NCBI GenBank assembly: GCA_918797485.1
Contig: CAKKNE010000004.1
Location: 3,410,001-3,474,000, forward strand
Origin: Pelagomonas calceolata
Taxonomy: Eukaryota
Direction: 5' to 3'
DNA: 64,000 nt
The notes under the pieces are model-generated. The model ran no database searches. It saw only the letters and a list, made by a program, of their open reading frames with translations, and had not been told where the DNA came from. This document shows positions 9,782 through 20,773 of this stretch, piece after piece; the stretch's first letter is position 1; each line of letters begins with the position of its first letter. Position numbers and translations under genes: made by a program.

Positions 9782-10939
9782 ATGCAACTAAAGGTGCTGC
9801 TGCTGCTGCCCTATACTATAAAGGCGGCCTGCGACCTCACGAGAGGCAAGTGGGTGCGCGACGACGACTACCGTAACCAAGCAATACAGCACTACAAGCA
9901 GTGCTCGCCCAAGCTAGCGATCCGGCCCAGCAGCCGCCAGTGCGGCAATTCGCATCTAGCCTGGCGCTGGCAGCCCGACCGATGCAAACTGCCGCCCCTC
10001 GAAGTGCGGTGGTTCCAGCACTTCACTTCTAAAAATGTTTTAAGTTTCGTCGGGGATTCGCTGGCCGGAGACCAATTCACGTCGATGGACTGTTTGTTGT
10101 CTGCGCGAGAAGCTTTTTTTTGGAAGCGCGAGTACCACAAGCTCCCATTCTTGGTGGACGAGGACTACTACCCGGCGTCTTCCATAAAAACGGCCTTCCT
10201 GAAAAGTAGGAAGGACGAGGCCGCGTTATGTATGCGATCTTATAGACGACGCCAGATCACGGCCAATTGCACGATAGATGCGGTGATCGTGCATCTGCGG
10301 AACGCGCAGCGCATTTCCACTTATGCTAGATCGTTTCGACGAGTTTTAGTTTTGAACGCGGGCCACCACTTCGGGCACGAAAAACTAAATGTGTGGTTCA
10401 ACTACAGTAAGGGGCCGAGTCGCTGGTCCGATTTGGTGGAAGCGGACAAGTCCGCGCCGAAAGACGACGAGCGGCACCCTTCAAAAGCGTGGGAGGTGGC
10501 TCTATCTACGGTACTGCAAGCCACGCAGTCGCCGAAGTGGAATAGCTTCACCGTCCTCCAGACGGTCTCGCCGACGCACTACACGAGTGGCGGCTGGCGC
10601 GACGGGGGTTCGTGTGGCGCGACGGAGCCCGCGACGTCCGCCGGCGAGTCGTACCGAAAGGAGTTCGACGCGCAGCGGAGGGCCGCCGACGCCTTCATGC
10701 GCAAAACCACAAACGCGGCGAAGCACGTGCGCGTGCTCGACGTCTTCAACGTGTCGGCGCTAAGACCGGACGCGCACCCGGGTAGGTACGGGGAGCTGCG
10801 GCCGGGCGTGCGCGACTGCAGCCATTGGTGCCTGCCCGGCGTGCCCGACGTCTGGAACCAGTTCCTCCAGCACACGCTGCGCTGCCGCGCGTGCGCGAAC
10901 GGCGGCAAGTGCCGGCCGGCCTACGTCCAGGACTGCTAA
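9782..10939 (+). CDS. Trichome-birefringence-like (TBL/PC-esterase) polysaccharide O-acetyltransferase
   Basis: CDLTRGKWV, WRWQP..C.LP, FVGDSL, DCSHWCLPGVPDVWN. Confidence 0.9.
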   Translation: MQLKVLLLLPYTIKAACDLTRGKWVRDDDYRNQAIQHYKQCSPKLAIRPSSRQCGNSHLAWRWQPDRCKLPPLEVRWFQHFTSKNVLSFVGDSLAGDQFTSMDCLLSAREAFFWKREYHKLPFLVDEDYYPASSIKTAFLKSRKDEAALCMRSYRRRQITANCTIDAVIVHLRNAQRISTYARSFRRVLVLNAGHHFGHEKLNVWFNYSKGPSRWSDLVEADKSAPKDDERHPSKAWEVALSTVLQATQSPKWNSFTVLQTVSPTHYTSGGWRDGGSCGATEPATSAGESYRKEFDAQRRAADAFMRKTTNAAKHVRVLDVFNVSALRPDAHPGRYGELRPGVRDCSHWCLPGVPDVWNQFLQHTLRCRACANGGKCRPAYVQDC

Positions 10940-10947
10940 TTCGATGA

Positions 10948-11024
10948 TTGCTTTGCTTAGAGCTCCCGTCCCGCCCCCCGCCCTCATGCGCCGTCGCCCC
11001 GAGTGTTAGCTCGGAGGCGACGAC
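10948..11024. repeat. Dispersed hairpin repeat, copy 1
   Basis: TTGCTTTGCTTAGAGCT followed by a 36-nt hairpin (10989-11024) identical to 51522-51557. Confidence 0.8.
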
Positions 11025-11246
11025 TCGCGCTTCGTTGCGGTAATTCGCGCGTCGCTCGATTCGAGTGTACTTCGATTCGCGCGCGACCGATTGATACCCG
11101 TCATGCTATTGTACAACCGATACGAGGCTGAGGCTGAGGCTACGTCGCAGGGTTCCCCGTACCCCTCCCGCTCCCCCCGGGCCCACCCGTCCGGCTGGAC
11201 TAGGACGCAAGGGCTGAGTCACAAGGGACTCGCACGCCCCACGAAG

Positions 11247-11266
11247 CTAGTGTGTCGATACACTAG
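11247..11266 (+). promoter_or_regulatory. CTAG-N12-CTAG motif variant
   Basis: CTAGTGTGTCGATACACTAG; near-identical copy at 48858-48877. Confidence 0.45.
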
Positions 11267-11513
11267 GACTCGTCTATGAAAATTTCAGCACACGCGTCAT
11301 ATCAACGCACCCAGCCTATTTTTGGGAAGCATAGCTGCATCATAATGTATTGACCCAAGCCGAGAGCATCACACGCACGGCTGGCACCAATGCTGCCCCT
11401 ACAGCCACACTGGATGGGCAGCTAGACGGCAGTCTACGCAAGCTCTCCACAAGCCTCGTCCAGACGCCATCGAAGCGACTGCCCCCGACGGCGTACGCGG
11501 CTGCCCCTTCGGC

Positions 11514-12491
11514 ATGCGGCGCGCGGCGCTCGCGCTCGCGGCGGCCGCCTGCGCGTTAGGCGCGAAGCAGCCTGAAGCAGCCACGCGCGAAGCAGGGCAC
11601 GGCAAGCCGCGCAAAAAGTACGGCAAGCCCTACCCCGAGACGAAGGCCGCCTGCGGCGTCGTCATGTTCGGCACCGGCGACGATTATATACAATACTCGG
11701 CGCGCAACGCGCAGCGCATCGCGGCCCTCGCGCCGGGTAAAAACTGGTGCGCCGCCCAGCCGGATTTAGATAGGGTCCTGGTCGTGTACTTCCACGACAA
11801 TAAAAAAGCGGACACGTTGGTGCGAAAGGGCCTGGGCGGCGCGGCGCCGCGCTTCGAGCTGTTTTATCTGGGCACCCGCGCCAAGCCGCGCATGGCCAAG
11901 TTCGAGGCGCTGCCGGGTACCAAACGGTGGGCGCGGGACTACAAGTGGCTCCGGCCGCAGTATTATAAGAGGAGCCCCTTCCGGACGACGCTGAACATGG
12001 ACGGCGACGCCGTGCCCTGCGGCGCGCGCCTCGTCGAGGCCTTCCGGGCCTTTGCGGAGTCAAAGGCCGCCGTCGCGGGCCTCTGGCACGTCGGGGCGTC
12101 GTACTCGGGCCTCAACACGGGGTTCATGGCGTGGGACAAAGAGAAAGCGGACCCACTCCTCGCGGCCTGGGCGGACGACATGCGACGCGCCATCCTGGCG
12201 AATCGGACCATCAGACACGACCAGCCGTCGCTCGCCGCGGCGCTGAACGCGACGAGCGGCGTTAAGGTTCTACGCTTCTCGGAGGCGAACGTCTGCCGCG
12301 TCTGCCGCGCGGATAAAGAGGGGCATTGCGCGTCGACGTGCGCGGCGGACAGCTGCTGGGTCGACCACCGCGACTGGGGCCCGAATTACAACAAGGCGGG
12401 CATCGACGGCATCGCCAAGGTCGACGGCGGCACCAAGGTGTCGAAGTGGAAACTTACCCCGGCTCCCGCGGAGCATGAAGCGCCCGGCTAA
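11514..12491 (+). CDS. Secretory nucleotide-diphospho-sugar transferase-like protein
   Basis: Signal peptide; SPFRTTLNMDGD, LNTGFM and HDQPSL GT-A motifs. Confidence 0.7.
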   Translation: MRRAALALAAAACALGAKQPEAATREAGHGKPRKKYGKPYPETKAACGVVMFGTGDDYIQYSARNAQRIAALAPGKNWCAAQPDLDRVLVVYFHDNKKADTLVRKGLGGAAPRFELFYLGTRAKPRMAKFEALPGTKRWARDYKWLRPQYYKRSPFRTTLNMDGDAVPCGARLVEAFRAFAESKAAVAGLWHVGASYSGLNTGFMAWDKEKADPLLAAWADDMRRAILANRTIRHDQPSLAAALNATSGVKVLRFSEANVCRVCRADKEGHCASTCAADSCWVDHRDWGPNYNKAGIDGIAKVDGGTKVSKWKLTPAPAEHEAPG

Positions 12492-12809
12492 CCGTAACTG
12501 TGTATATTCTTCCTCCTCGTCGTCGAAGTCGTCCGTTCTCGTGTGTCTAGCGAGTTCTCCCCACCGCGCGGCTGGGCTCATGCGAAAATTTCCCTTGTGT
12601 TTGGGCGCACGGACGTCTCCGCATTCCTCGCAGACAGATCAGCACAAGACTGCTGCCCGGAGTTTGACTTCACCCAAATCGGACGGGTGCCTGACAATTT
12701 TGGCCGTCCGTCGCGCGTAGCGCAGCCAAAATGATGGTAGTGAGCACTCAAATTAGGCCGCATCGGGCTGCGTGAAAGCCAGGTCACCTGCCGAGGGCCA
12801 GGGGCAGCC

Positions 12810-15500
12810 ATGCGCCTGGTGCTCGTAGCCGCGCTGGTCGCCGGCCTGGTACACCTACCGGATGGGGCCGAGACGCCACCGGCACGGCGCGCGCTGGGCG
12901 TGAATGCCACGGCCACGGCCGCGCCGACGACCGCCGGGCCCACGCCCGCGCCGACGACGGCGCTGCCCACCACGGCCGCGCCGACGACCGCCGGGCCCAC
13001 GGCCGCGCCGACGACGGCGCTGCCCAGCTACGCGCCGACGACGGCGCGCCCGACGCGCCGGCCGACCTGGAGCCAGGCGCCCACGACGGCGCTACCGACC
13101 TATCAGCCGACGACGCCGCAGCCAACAACACAACAACCGTCGCCGGCACCGACCACGGCTACACCGACGACCGCTCAACCGACGACGTCGAAGCCGAGCT
13201 ACGAGCCGTCCCCAAAACCGTCGCCGGCGCCGTCGCCACAGCCGACGACGCCGCATCCAACCACCCCAGAACCGTCGCTCGCGCCGTCGTACACGAAAGC
13301 TCCGACGCTGAGCATGGAGCCGACGCTGGGCCCGACCCCCACTCCGATCATCGTCGCGTGCGCCGGCGACTCGATCACCCAGGGCGGCCACGAGGAAGAC
13401 CTGGTCGATGGGACAGCTGGACACAGCTACCCCGAGCTCCTGCAGGATTTATTAGGCCCGGGTTACCGCGTGCTGAATTTCGGCAGGAGCGGCACGTCAG
13501 TGGGCCCGGAGAAGCCCTGGCGCACGGAGGGCCACTTCGAGAGCATGATAGATGTGAAATACGATTTTGCGATCCTGACCTTTGGCGCGAACGACGCGAA
13601 GACGGACCGGTGCGAGGCCTGCTGGGGCGCCGACTGGGACAGTCATGCTGACGAATGGGCGAAGAACTATGTTGACTTGATCAGTGATCTGCGGGATTAC
13701 AATCCGACGGCCAAGTTCTTCCTTGGTATCAACACGCCCTACCTCGGCGGGTCGAGCAAGTGGGGCACGGAAGCTCTCACAGTTGTCAACGACATCCTTC
13801 CCGTTTCAAGTGCGGCGGTGGCATCGGTCATCGGCGCGCGGGGCACCGTCGACTTCCGGAGCGGTTTTGTATTGGAAGACGGCACGTTCGACGCGACTTT
13901 GTATGACGACAAGATCCACCCTAATAATGCCGGTTATGCTAAGATGGCCGCCGCCGCTTACACAGCTCTCTTAAACCCAAATATGTTGGACGTGCCGGCG
14001 CCGTCGCGCGCGCCGACGTACGCGCCGACGTACACGCCGTCGCCCGGGCCCACGGTAACCATGGTGCCTACTACATCGAAACCATCTTCTGCACCGACAA
14101 CTGCTAAACCGTCGCCAGCGCCTTCTATGACTTTTGCGCCGACGGTCGCGCCCTCCGTCTCGGCGCGGCCTTCCTTGAGTCCCTCCGCGGAGCCGTCGTC
14201 GTCGCCGACGACCGCGCGGCCCTCGGCGTCGACGCCCGAGCCCACGGTGCAACCGTCCACGGCGACACCGACGACCGCTCAACCGACGACGTCGAAGCCG
14301 TCGTCGTCGTTTGCGCCGACGGTCTCATTATCTACTCCACGACCGACCCTCTCCGTGACCGCGGGCGTCGTGACCATGACACAGACGGTCTCTGGTATTG
14401 CGGTCGAGGACGCCCTAGTCCACCAATCGATCTTCGCATCCACAATGGCGACGATGGCTGGCGTCGCGCCGGAGCGGGTGACGGTCACCATCTCCACAGA
14501 TACGCGCCGGCGCCTGACGGACACGCTGACCATACGATACGCCGTCGCCACACCAACTCTAAGTGCCGCCGAGGCGCTCGCCCGAGACATGGCGGCCCTC
14601 GCGCCGGCGGACTTCGACGCGGCGCTGCGGCAGGAAGCGGCTAACGCGGGCGCGGCGGACGCCTTCGCCGCCGTCTCCACCACATCCCTCTCCGCGCCGG
14701 AGGCCGCGCCGGCGGCGCCCGAGAGCGAGCCGTCGCAGAAAGGCGGCAACGACGCGGTCGACGGCGCGAGCGCGGCCGTCCTCGGCCCCGTGATCGCCGG
14801 CGCTTTTCTGGTAGCGGTCCTTGGTCTCGGGCTGGTCCTGCGGCGGCGCCGGCGGAAGCTGTCCAAGGACGTCGCCGAGGCGATCGACGTCGACGTTGAC
14901 AAGGACGTCGAGGAGCCGCCGCGCATTGTTTTTCATGAGCCGCCGCCGCCACCGCCGCCTCCGCCGCCCCTGCCTCCCCAGACGCCCGGCGCGGGGTCGC
15001 CCGCGGGCCTCGTCGAACTGGACGGCCTCGCGCCGCCGCCGCCGCCGCCGCCGCCCCCGGAGGACCTGCCGCAGAGCCCGAAGGTGACGCCGAGCTTCTG
15101 GGCGCGGACCATGACCACGGTCCGCAACCTGCGCTCGGGCAGCCAGGACGACGACGACGCGGCGCCGTCGCCCGTGAAACAGGTCGAAACCGTGACGCCG
15201 GCGCCCGGCGCCTCGCCGCCCGCCCGCGACGCGTCGACGAACTCGGTCGGCGCGGGCGAGCGGCTGCGCCTCGCGATCGCCGGCTGGCGCGGCCCGCCGC
15301 CGCCGTCGCCGTCGGACCGGGCCTCGTTCGACGAGGAGCTGCGCCAGTTCGACGACGACTTCAAGGAGGAGGCCGTCGCGGACTTATTTGAAGCGCACCT
15401 CGCCGACACGCCCGTCGCGACGCGGCCGCCCGTCGACGTCGTCGACGTGTCCCCCGTCGGCGAGGAGGAGGACCGCGACGTGCCGGCGCAATTAGAATAA
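12810..15500 (+). CDS. Type I membrane SGNH/GDSL hydrolase with mucin-like Pro/Thr stalks
   Basis: Signal peptide; GDSIT, NFGRSG, GAND and DKIHPN blocks; PT repeats; TM helix followed by RRRRRK. Confidence 0.85.
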   Translation: MRLVLVAALVAGLVHLPDGAETPPARRALGVNATATAAPTTAGPTPAPTTALPTTAAPTTAGPTAAPTTALPSYAPTTARPTRRPTWSQAPTTALPTYQPTTPQPTTQQPSPAPTTATPTTAQPTTSKPSYEPSPKPSPAPSPQPTTPHPTTPEPSLAPSYTKAPTLSMEPTLGPTPTPIIVACAGDSITQGGHEEDLVDGTAGHSYPELLQDLLGPGYRVLNFGRSGTSVGPEKPWRTEGHFESMIDVKYDFAILTFGANDAKTDRCEACWGADWDSHADEWAKNYVDLISDLRDYNPTAKFFLGINTPYLGGSSKWGTEALTVVNDILPVSSAAVASVIGARGTVDFRSGFVLEDGTFDATLYDDKIHPNNAGYAKMAAAAYTALLNPNMLDVPAPSRAPTYAPTYTPSPGPTVTMVPTTSKPSSAPTTAKPSPAPSMTFAPTVAPSVSARPSLSPSAEPSSSPTTARPSASTPEPTVQPSTATPTTAQPTTSKPSSSFAPTVSLSTPRPTLSVTAGVVTMTQTVSGIAVEDALVHQSIFASTMATMAGVAPERVTVTISTDTRRRLTDTLTIRYAVATPTLSAAEALARDMAALAPADFDAALRQEAANAGAADAFAAVSTTSLSAPEAAPAAPESEPSQKGGNDAVDGASAAVLGPVIAGAFLVAVLGLGLVLRRRRRKLSKDVAEAIDVDVDKDVEEPPRIVFHEPPPPPPPPPPLPPQTPGAGSPAGLVELDGLAPPPPPPPPPEDLPQSPKVTPSFWARTMTTVRNLRSGSQDDDDAAPSPVKQVETVTPAPGASPPARDASTNSVGAGERLRLAIAGWRGPPPPSPSDRASFDEELRQFDDDFKEEAVADLFEAHLADTPVATRPPVDVVDVSPVGEEEDRDVPAQLE

Positions 15501-15723
15501 AGTAACGATATGTGTTTTATTTTTTTTCTCGTTCGGCCCGCGGCCGCGCGACGGAACATGAATGGCCTTCCTCCGGAGCCCCAACCGGGTCTGAATTTCG
15601 GTGAAATACCCCGCGATCGCATTCTTACGGCCTGCGAGATTTAAATATTGCCGCCCCAACGTTCGGGCTTCAAGTTTGTGAGGTGGTTCTGCTCTGAACT
15701 AAAGAACACCGCGTAACGCCATC

Positions 15724-16767
15724 ATGCGGCGACCATCGCTGGTTCTGTTATTGTCTACTGGTAGCGCTTTGCGTCCAGCGACGCCTGCAGCAAAAATCAG
15801 CGCGCTCGGTAACGCTGCGGACAAGAAGAACACGCCCAAAGACGTCTACGTGGCACAGACGCCGAGTGGCCGGCGCGACACACAGAGGTTGAACGCCGCA
15901 GCGCTAGAAGAAGAACTCAAGACCAACACGCCGTACTGGTACGACGACCGCATCCACTCCTTCGGGAACGTGGGCTTCGGCGGCGTCTTCGCGTCCGTGT
16001 GCGCGCCGCTCGCGACGTGGGCCATCGACCAGGCGGCGTACGAGGGCCGCGACGTGCGTAGTGAGGCGTGCGCCGCGGCGGCCGCCTCCATCAAAGATAG
16101 ACGGTCACGGGCGGCGACAGCGTGCGCGGCCGCGTTCGACGTGAAAAACGTCGTCGACCTCGGCTGCGGCAGCGGCGCGTCGACGCGGTGCCTGCGGGCG
16201 GCCTTCCCGGGCGCGACCGTCACGGCCGTCGACACGAGCGTCCACTTCCTCAACGTGGCGCGGGCCCTCACGAACACGCTGCAGAGGCGCGTGGACTTCC
16301 GGCTCGTCAACGGCGAGGAGACGGGCCTCGAGGCGTCGAGCCAGGACGTCGCCGCGCTGTGCTTCGTCTTGCACGAGGCGCCGGCCGCGGGCCGCAAGGC
16401 GCTCCTCAAGGAGGCGCGACGAATCCTGAGACCAGGCGGGACGCTCATGGTCCTCGACATCGCCCAGACGTACGAGCCCTCCGACGCCATGGCGGCCGGC
16501 GAGCCCTACGTCTACGGCTACATGAAGAATATTCGAAGGGACATCGACGCGGCCGGCTTCGCGCGCGTCGAGGAAAGTTACCTCGTCGCGGACCGCGCGA
16601 CGCTCTGGTTGTGTGCCAAGGACGCGCGCGTGCCCCCGAAGAACAACATCCTGTCGCTCGGGAGCTTCACGCCCGCGGTCCCGGCGGACGCGAAGAACAA
16701 CGTCCTGTCGCTGGGCGAGTTCTCGCCGCCGTCGGTCGAGGCGGCCGAGACGGTCGCAAGGCCCTGA
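15724..16767 (+). CDS. Class I SAM-dependent methyltransferase (UbiE-like), probably plastid targeted
   Basis: VVDLGCGSG, VTAVD, FVLHE, RILRPGG; N-terminal signal peptide. Confidence 0.85.
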   Translation: MRRPSLVLLLSTGSALRPATPAAKISALGNAADKKNTPKDVYVAQTPSGRRDTQRLNAAALEEELKTNTPYWYDDRIHSFGNVGFGGVFASVCAPLATWAIDQAAYEGRDVRSEACAAAAASIKDRRSRAATACAAAFDVKNVVDLGCGSGASTRCLRAAFPGATVTAVDTSVHFLNVARALTNTLQRRVDFRLVNGEETGLEASSQDVAALCFVLHEAPAAGRKALLKEARRILRPGGTLMVLDIAQTYEPSDAMAAGEPYVYGYMKNIRRDIDAAGFARVEESYLVADRATLWLCAKDARVPPKNNILSLGSFTPAVPADAKNNVLSLGEFSPPSVEAAETVARP

Positions 16768-17424
16768 ACATCTCTCCCCTACCACTCTCTCCCCTCTCGC
16801 GCGCCACTCTACCGGACTGGCCGTCGCTGACTACTCCCCTGTGAATGATAAGTATGTATCATTGTTCCGCACACCACTTTTCTTCTTCTTCGCCGATTCA
16901 TCGGCCGCTGCGGACCGCGTGCTAGAGTGATGCTTTTTTTTGGCTGAAACGTCCGCGGTACAGCAACTCCAAAAGTTAGGAACGCCTGGAATGGTAGCCC
17001 GGGAGCCTGCGGCGCGACGGCCTCTGCCTGTGTTCGATACGAGACCATCTCCTGCTTTGCATAGGTTCAAGGAAGACTTGTTCCACAAGGCGGCCGTCCC
17101 GCGGTGATTTTTTTGGCGCTTTTGTCGAAGCACCCCCGGCAACCGACGAGTGCAGACTGCTAGGGAAGCCTCGTATGGAGTCCGGGACGCCTGCGTTGGG
17201 ACGACCCCTGCGGCAGCACACCTGCACAGGCCTTGGGCGAAGCAGCTCTCAGTAATTGTTGCACTCGCTGGAGACCGCAGTCATAATTATACACGCTCGA
17301 GGCCGCTGCATTTTAGCAGCAGTGCCACAGAAAACCGCAAGCGCAAGAAACCGCAAGTCCGCGCGCTTAGGTAGAGCCTAATCGCCCACAGACTGCACTG
17401 CACAACAACAGCACCAGGCTAACG

Positions 17425-19143
17425 ATGGCGCCGACGAAGCGCACGACCAGCAAGGTCGCCAAGAAGCCCGGCGCAAGCAAGAAGAAAAAGGCGCCGGCGC
17501 CGCCGCCGCCCGAGCCAAGCTCGTCGGACGACGACAGCAGCAGCAGCAGCGACGACAGCTCGTCGGAGGAGGAGGTCGCGCCGCCCGCGCCGGCGCCGAT
17601 GGCCGTCGACAACAGCAGCGACGACTCGTCGAGCGACGACGACTCGTCGAGCAGCGACGACGACGAGCCCGCGCAGCCGGCGGCCGCCGCGGCGGCCTCG
17701 AGCTCGGACGACTCGTCGGACAGCTCCGACTCGGACGACGAGGCGCCGGCCGCGCCCGCCGCGGCGGCCGCCTCGAGCTCGGACGACTCCTCCTCGGACG
17801 ACGACAGCTCGGACTCGGACGACGAACCCGCGCCCGCGAAGGCGGCGCCGGCCGCCGCGGCCAGCTCCTCGGACTCGGACGACGACTCGTCGTCGGACGA
17901 CTCCTCGGACGACGAGGCGCCCGCGAAGCCGGCCGCCGCCGCCGCCGCCGACAGCTCGTCCGACTCGGACGACGACTCGAGCAGCTCCGACGACTCCGAC
18001 GACGAGCCCGCCAAGCCCGCGGCGCCGGCGGCGGACTCCTCCTCGGACGACAGCTCCGACGACGACTCGTCGAGCTCCGACGACGACGAGCCCGCCAAGC
18101 CGGCGGCGCCCGCGGCCGCCGCGGCCGACTCGTCGTCGGACGACTCGAGCAGCGACGACGACTCGGACAGTTCTGATGATGAGCCCGCCGCGCCCGCCAA
18201 GCCGGCGGCACCCGCGGCGGACTCGTCCTCGGACGACTCGAGCAGCGACGACAGTTCTGACGACGACGACGAGCCCGCGAAGCCGGCGGCCGCGGCCGAC
18301 TCGAGCAGCGACGACTCGTCGAGCGACGACGACGACGAGGAAGAGGAGGACGCTGCCGCGCCGGCGAAGAAGAAGGCCAAGACCGAGGATGCAGAAGTAG
18401 ATAGAACAGTTTACCTGAAGGGCCTGCCCTGGTCCGTCGACGAGGGCTCCGTGTCGAGCTGGATGGCGGCCTGCGGAAGCGTCGAGAAGGTCGAGCTGCC
18501 CATCGGCGCCGACGGACGCGCGTCCGGCGCCGCGTTCGTCATTTTTTCATCTACCGATGAAGCGGAGAAGGCCCTGGAGATGAACGGCGAGACCTTCCCC
18601 GACTCGGAACGCTGGATCAAAGTCTTGAGAGGGTCGCACGGCCGCCGCGAGTGGGACGACGCGGGCAAGCCCAACGACGACAACGTGTCCTCCATCTTCA
18701 TCGGTAATTTGTCCTGGACCGTCGAGGAGTCGCACGTGCGCGAGTGCTTCGCGAACTGCGGCGAGATCCTGAGCGTGCGCTTCTCGACGGACCGGGAGAC
18801 GGGCGAGTTCCGAGGGTTTGGGCACGTCGACTTCGACACTCCCGATGCCGCCACTGCCGCTGTCGCTTTGGCTGGCGCCTGGGTCGACAACCGCCAGATC
18901 CGTGTCGACTACGCGAAGCCGAAGCCGCCGCGCGACTCCTGGGGCGGCGGCGGCGGCGGCGGCTACAGCCCGCGCGGGCGCGGCGGCGGCGGGAAAGGTG
19001 GTGGCCGCGGCGGCGGGCGGGGCAAGGGCGGCGGCCGGGGCGGCGGCCGGGGCAAGGGCGCGAGCCCGCGCGGCGGCTCCACTTTGAAGCGGGGCTCGGG
19101 CGCGATCGCGACGTCGACGGGCAAGAAGACGACGTTCGACTAG
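17425..19143 (+). CDS. Nucleolin/Nsr1/gar2-like protein
   Basis: Acidic Ser/Asp repeats, two RRMs (VYLKGLPW; IFIGNLSW..RGFGHVDF), RGG tail and GKKTTFD end. Confidence 0.9.
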   Translation: MAPTKRTTSKVAKKPGASKKKKAPAPPPPEPSSSDDDSSSSSDDSSSEEEVAPPAPAPMAVDNSSDDSSSDDDSSSSDDDEPAQPAAAAAASSSDDSSDSSDSDDEAPAAPAAAAASSSDDSSSDDDSSDSDDEPAPAKAAPAAAASSSDSDDDSSSDDSSDDEAPAKPAAAAAADSSSDSDDDSSSSDDSDDEPAKPAAPAADSSSDDSSDDDSSSSDDDEPAKPAAPAAAAADSSSDDSSSDDDSDSSDDEPAAPAKPAAPAADSSSDDSSSDDSSDDDDEPAKPAAAADSSSDDSSSDDDDEEEEDAAAPAKKKAKTEDAEVDRTVYLKGLPWSVDEGSVSSWMAACGSVEKVELPIGADGRASGAAFVIFSSTDEAEKALEMNGETFPDSERWIKVLRGSHGRREWDDAGKPNDDNVSSIFIGNLSWTVEESHVRECFANCGEILSVRFSTDRETGEFRGFGHVDFDTPDAATAAVALAGAWVDNRQIRVDYAKPKPPRDSWGGGGGGGYSPRGRGGGGKGGGRGGGRGKGGGRGGGRGKGASPRGGSTLKRGSGAIATSTGKKTTFD

Positions 19144-19247
19144 TGGCGTCCCTCCCCCATCCCTCCTCCCCCCACGTAACTATCGTCTACCCCTCTTTTT
19201 TTCTGCGCGTGAAGCACACAAGATAGACTTAGAGGAAGGGAAAGGAA

Positions 19248-20773
19248 CTAGACGCCCGGCGCGACGTAGGCCAAAACCGTCGCCTGGTCGTGCACCACCG
19301 TCCGGCACGACGTCGGGCCCGGGGCAATCGCGGCGCGGAAGGTGGCTCCCAAAGCGTTCGCCCCCAACGCCTCGGCGACAAGCGACGGCTCGCCCGGCGC
19401 GCAGGAGACGCCTGAGAACTCCAGGATGGCCGAGTCCCCGTGCGCGCGGCGCGCCGGCGCGACGCTCGCGAGCACCGCGCGCTCGCGCGCATCCCGGTCG
19501 CCCACGGCACGCAGCCGCAGCCGTGTTTCGCCTGGAACTATTGTCTGCGGGCAACAGCACACGGCCAGCGACCCGTGCTCGACCTCGACGGGGCACGTCC
19601 TTCCTTCGGAACCGGTCATCAATTCAGCTAAAATGGTGTCGCGGCCGTCCTCGTCCAGGCCCAGGGCGCTCTTGCGCACGCGCCGCCCGTCCACGCCCGT
19701 CACGAGAACTCTATCACCGCGCGGCATCGGCAGCGACGCGGTCACGAGCGAGTGGTCCTCCGAGAGGGGCGTCGAGCCCGGCGCGACGACGACGTGCAGG
19801 CCCACGAGCGAGTCGACGCCGCCGTCGAGCGCGAGCCCCGCGACGGCCCCCTCCTCGAGCGCGCGGCCCCGGCCCCCCGCTACGACGGGGCCGTCGTCGT
19901 TCACCACTCCACCCACCTTCGGCGACTCGGGCAGCACGCCGTCCACTCTCCGAAGCCAATCGTCGAGCTTATTGCGCTCCGAGGGGCTCCCGGCCGCCGC
20001 GAACAGTAGTAACGACGGTGGTGCCTGCACGAACCGCTCCCAGTCCTCGAGCGCCGGCAGGCACCCCGCGTCGCTGGCAAACGCCGTGGCCGTCGCGCCG
20101 TCGGGCATGGCGAGGAGCGTCACCTGTGTGAAAATCAATTGTCGGGCGCCCCACGCCATCGACGCGATGTTGTCTCCGTAGCTGCGTCTGCTCGATGGCG
20201 TGTAGATGCTCACGCCATCGACGCGACGTTGTCGCCGTGACCGCGTCGGTTCGATGGCTTGAGGTTCACGAGGATCCACGCAATATCCCTCAGGATACTA
20301 ACGCACTGGTTGATTTCCACACCGAGCATCACGGCGGCGCGCGGGTTCGCGCCGTCGCAGGCCTCGCAGAACGCCTCGCGGTGGCTCCCGAAGCCCACGG
20401 CCGCGTCGAGCTGGAGTTCATCGACTAAATGCTGCGTGACGGTCGCGACCGAGCACGGGCTCGCGACGACGACCGCGGCCATGCTCCGCGTCGGCGCGAC
20501 CTCGGGCGCGAGCTGGGCCGCGAGGCGGGCCGCGAGCGCGTCCGGGTCTTCGGCCGACGAGCGCGATCCGACGACGCGCATGGTGGTCTTGCTCCTCGCG
20601 ACGCGCGCGGCGGCGAGGCGCTTGGTGGTGACGGTGCGCAGCGACGTCATGGTCTTCGTTGTCTTCGTGTGCACGGTGCGCAGGGCACCTTGCGCCGGGG
20701 TCTTGCTCCTCGCGACGGTGCGCAGGGACGGCGTCTTGGACTGGGCATTGCGCAGGGCCGCTTGAAGCGCCAT
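19248..20773 (-). CDS. Uncharacterised, possibly FIST-like protein; exons 20773-20333 and 20123-19248
   Basis: Two ORFs join in phase 0 after introner removal; PKVGGVV and GAVAGLAL patterns. Confidence 0.55.
20124..20332 (-). mobile_element. Introner element family A (209-nt GT-AG intron)
   Basis: TIRs CGGTGTGGAAATCAA / TTGATTTTCACACAG; 8-bp TSD GTGATGCT / GTGACGCT. Confidence 0.9.

Noticed and set aside
12915..13340. Tandem repeats resembling an array
   Set aside because: They are coding Pro/Thr mucin-like repeats, not CRISPR.
16066..16127. GCGTGCGC 8-bp direct repeat around a 54-nt in-frame segment
   Set aside because: No TIR or phase-compatible splice pair; could be chance in GC-rich DNA.
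16809..17374. Small ORFs between the methyltransferase and nucleolin genes
   Set aside because: No motifs or coding-like codon bias, and no recognisable RNA gene.
17367..18380. Long Ser/Glu-rich antisense ORFs
   Set aside because: They are shadows of the nucleolin acidic repeats.
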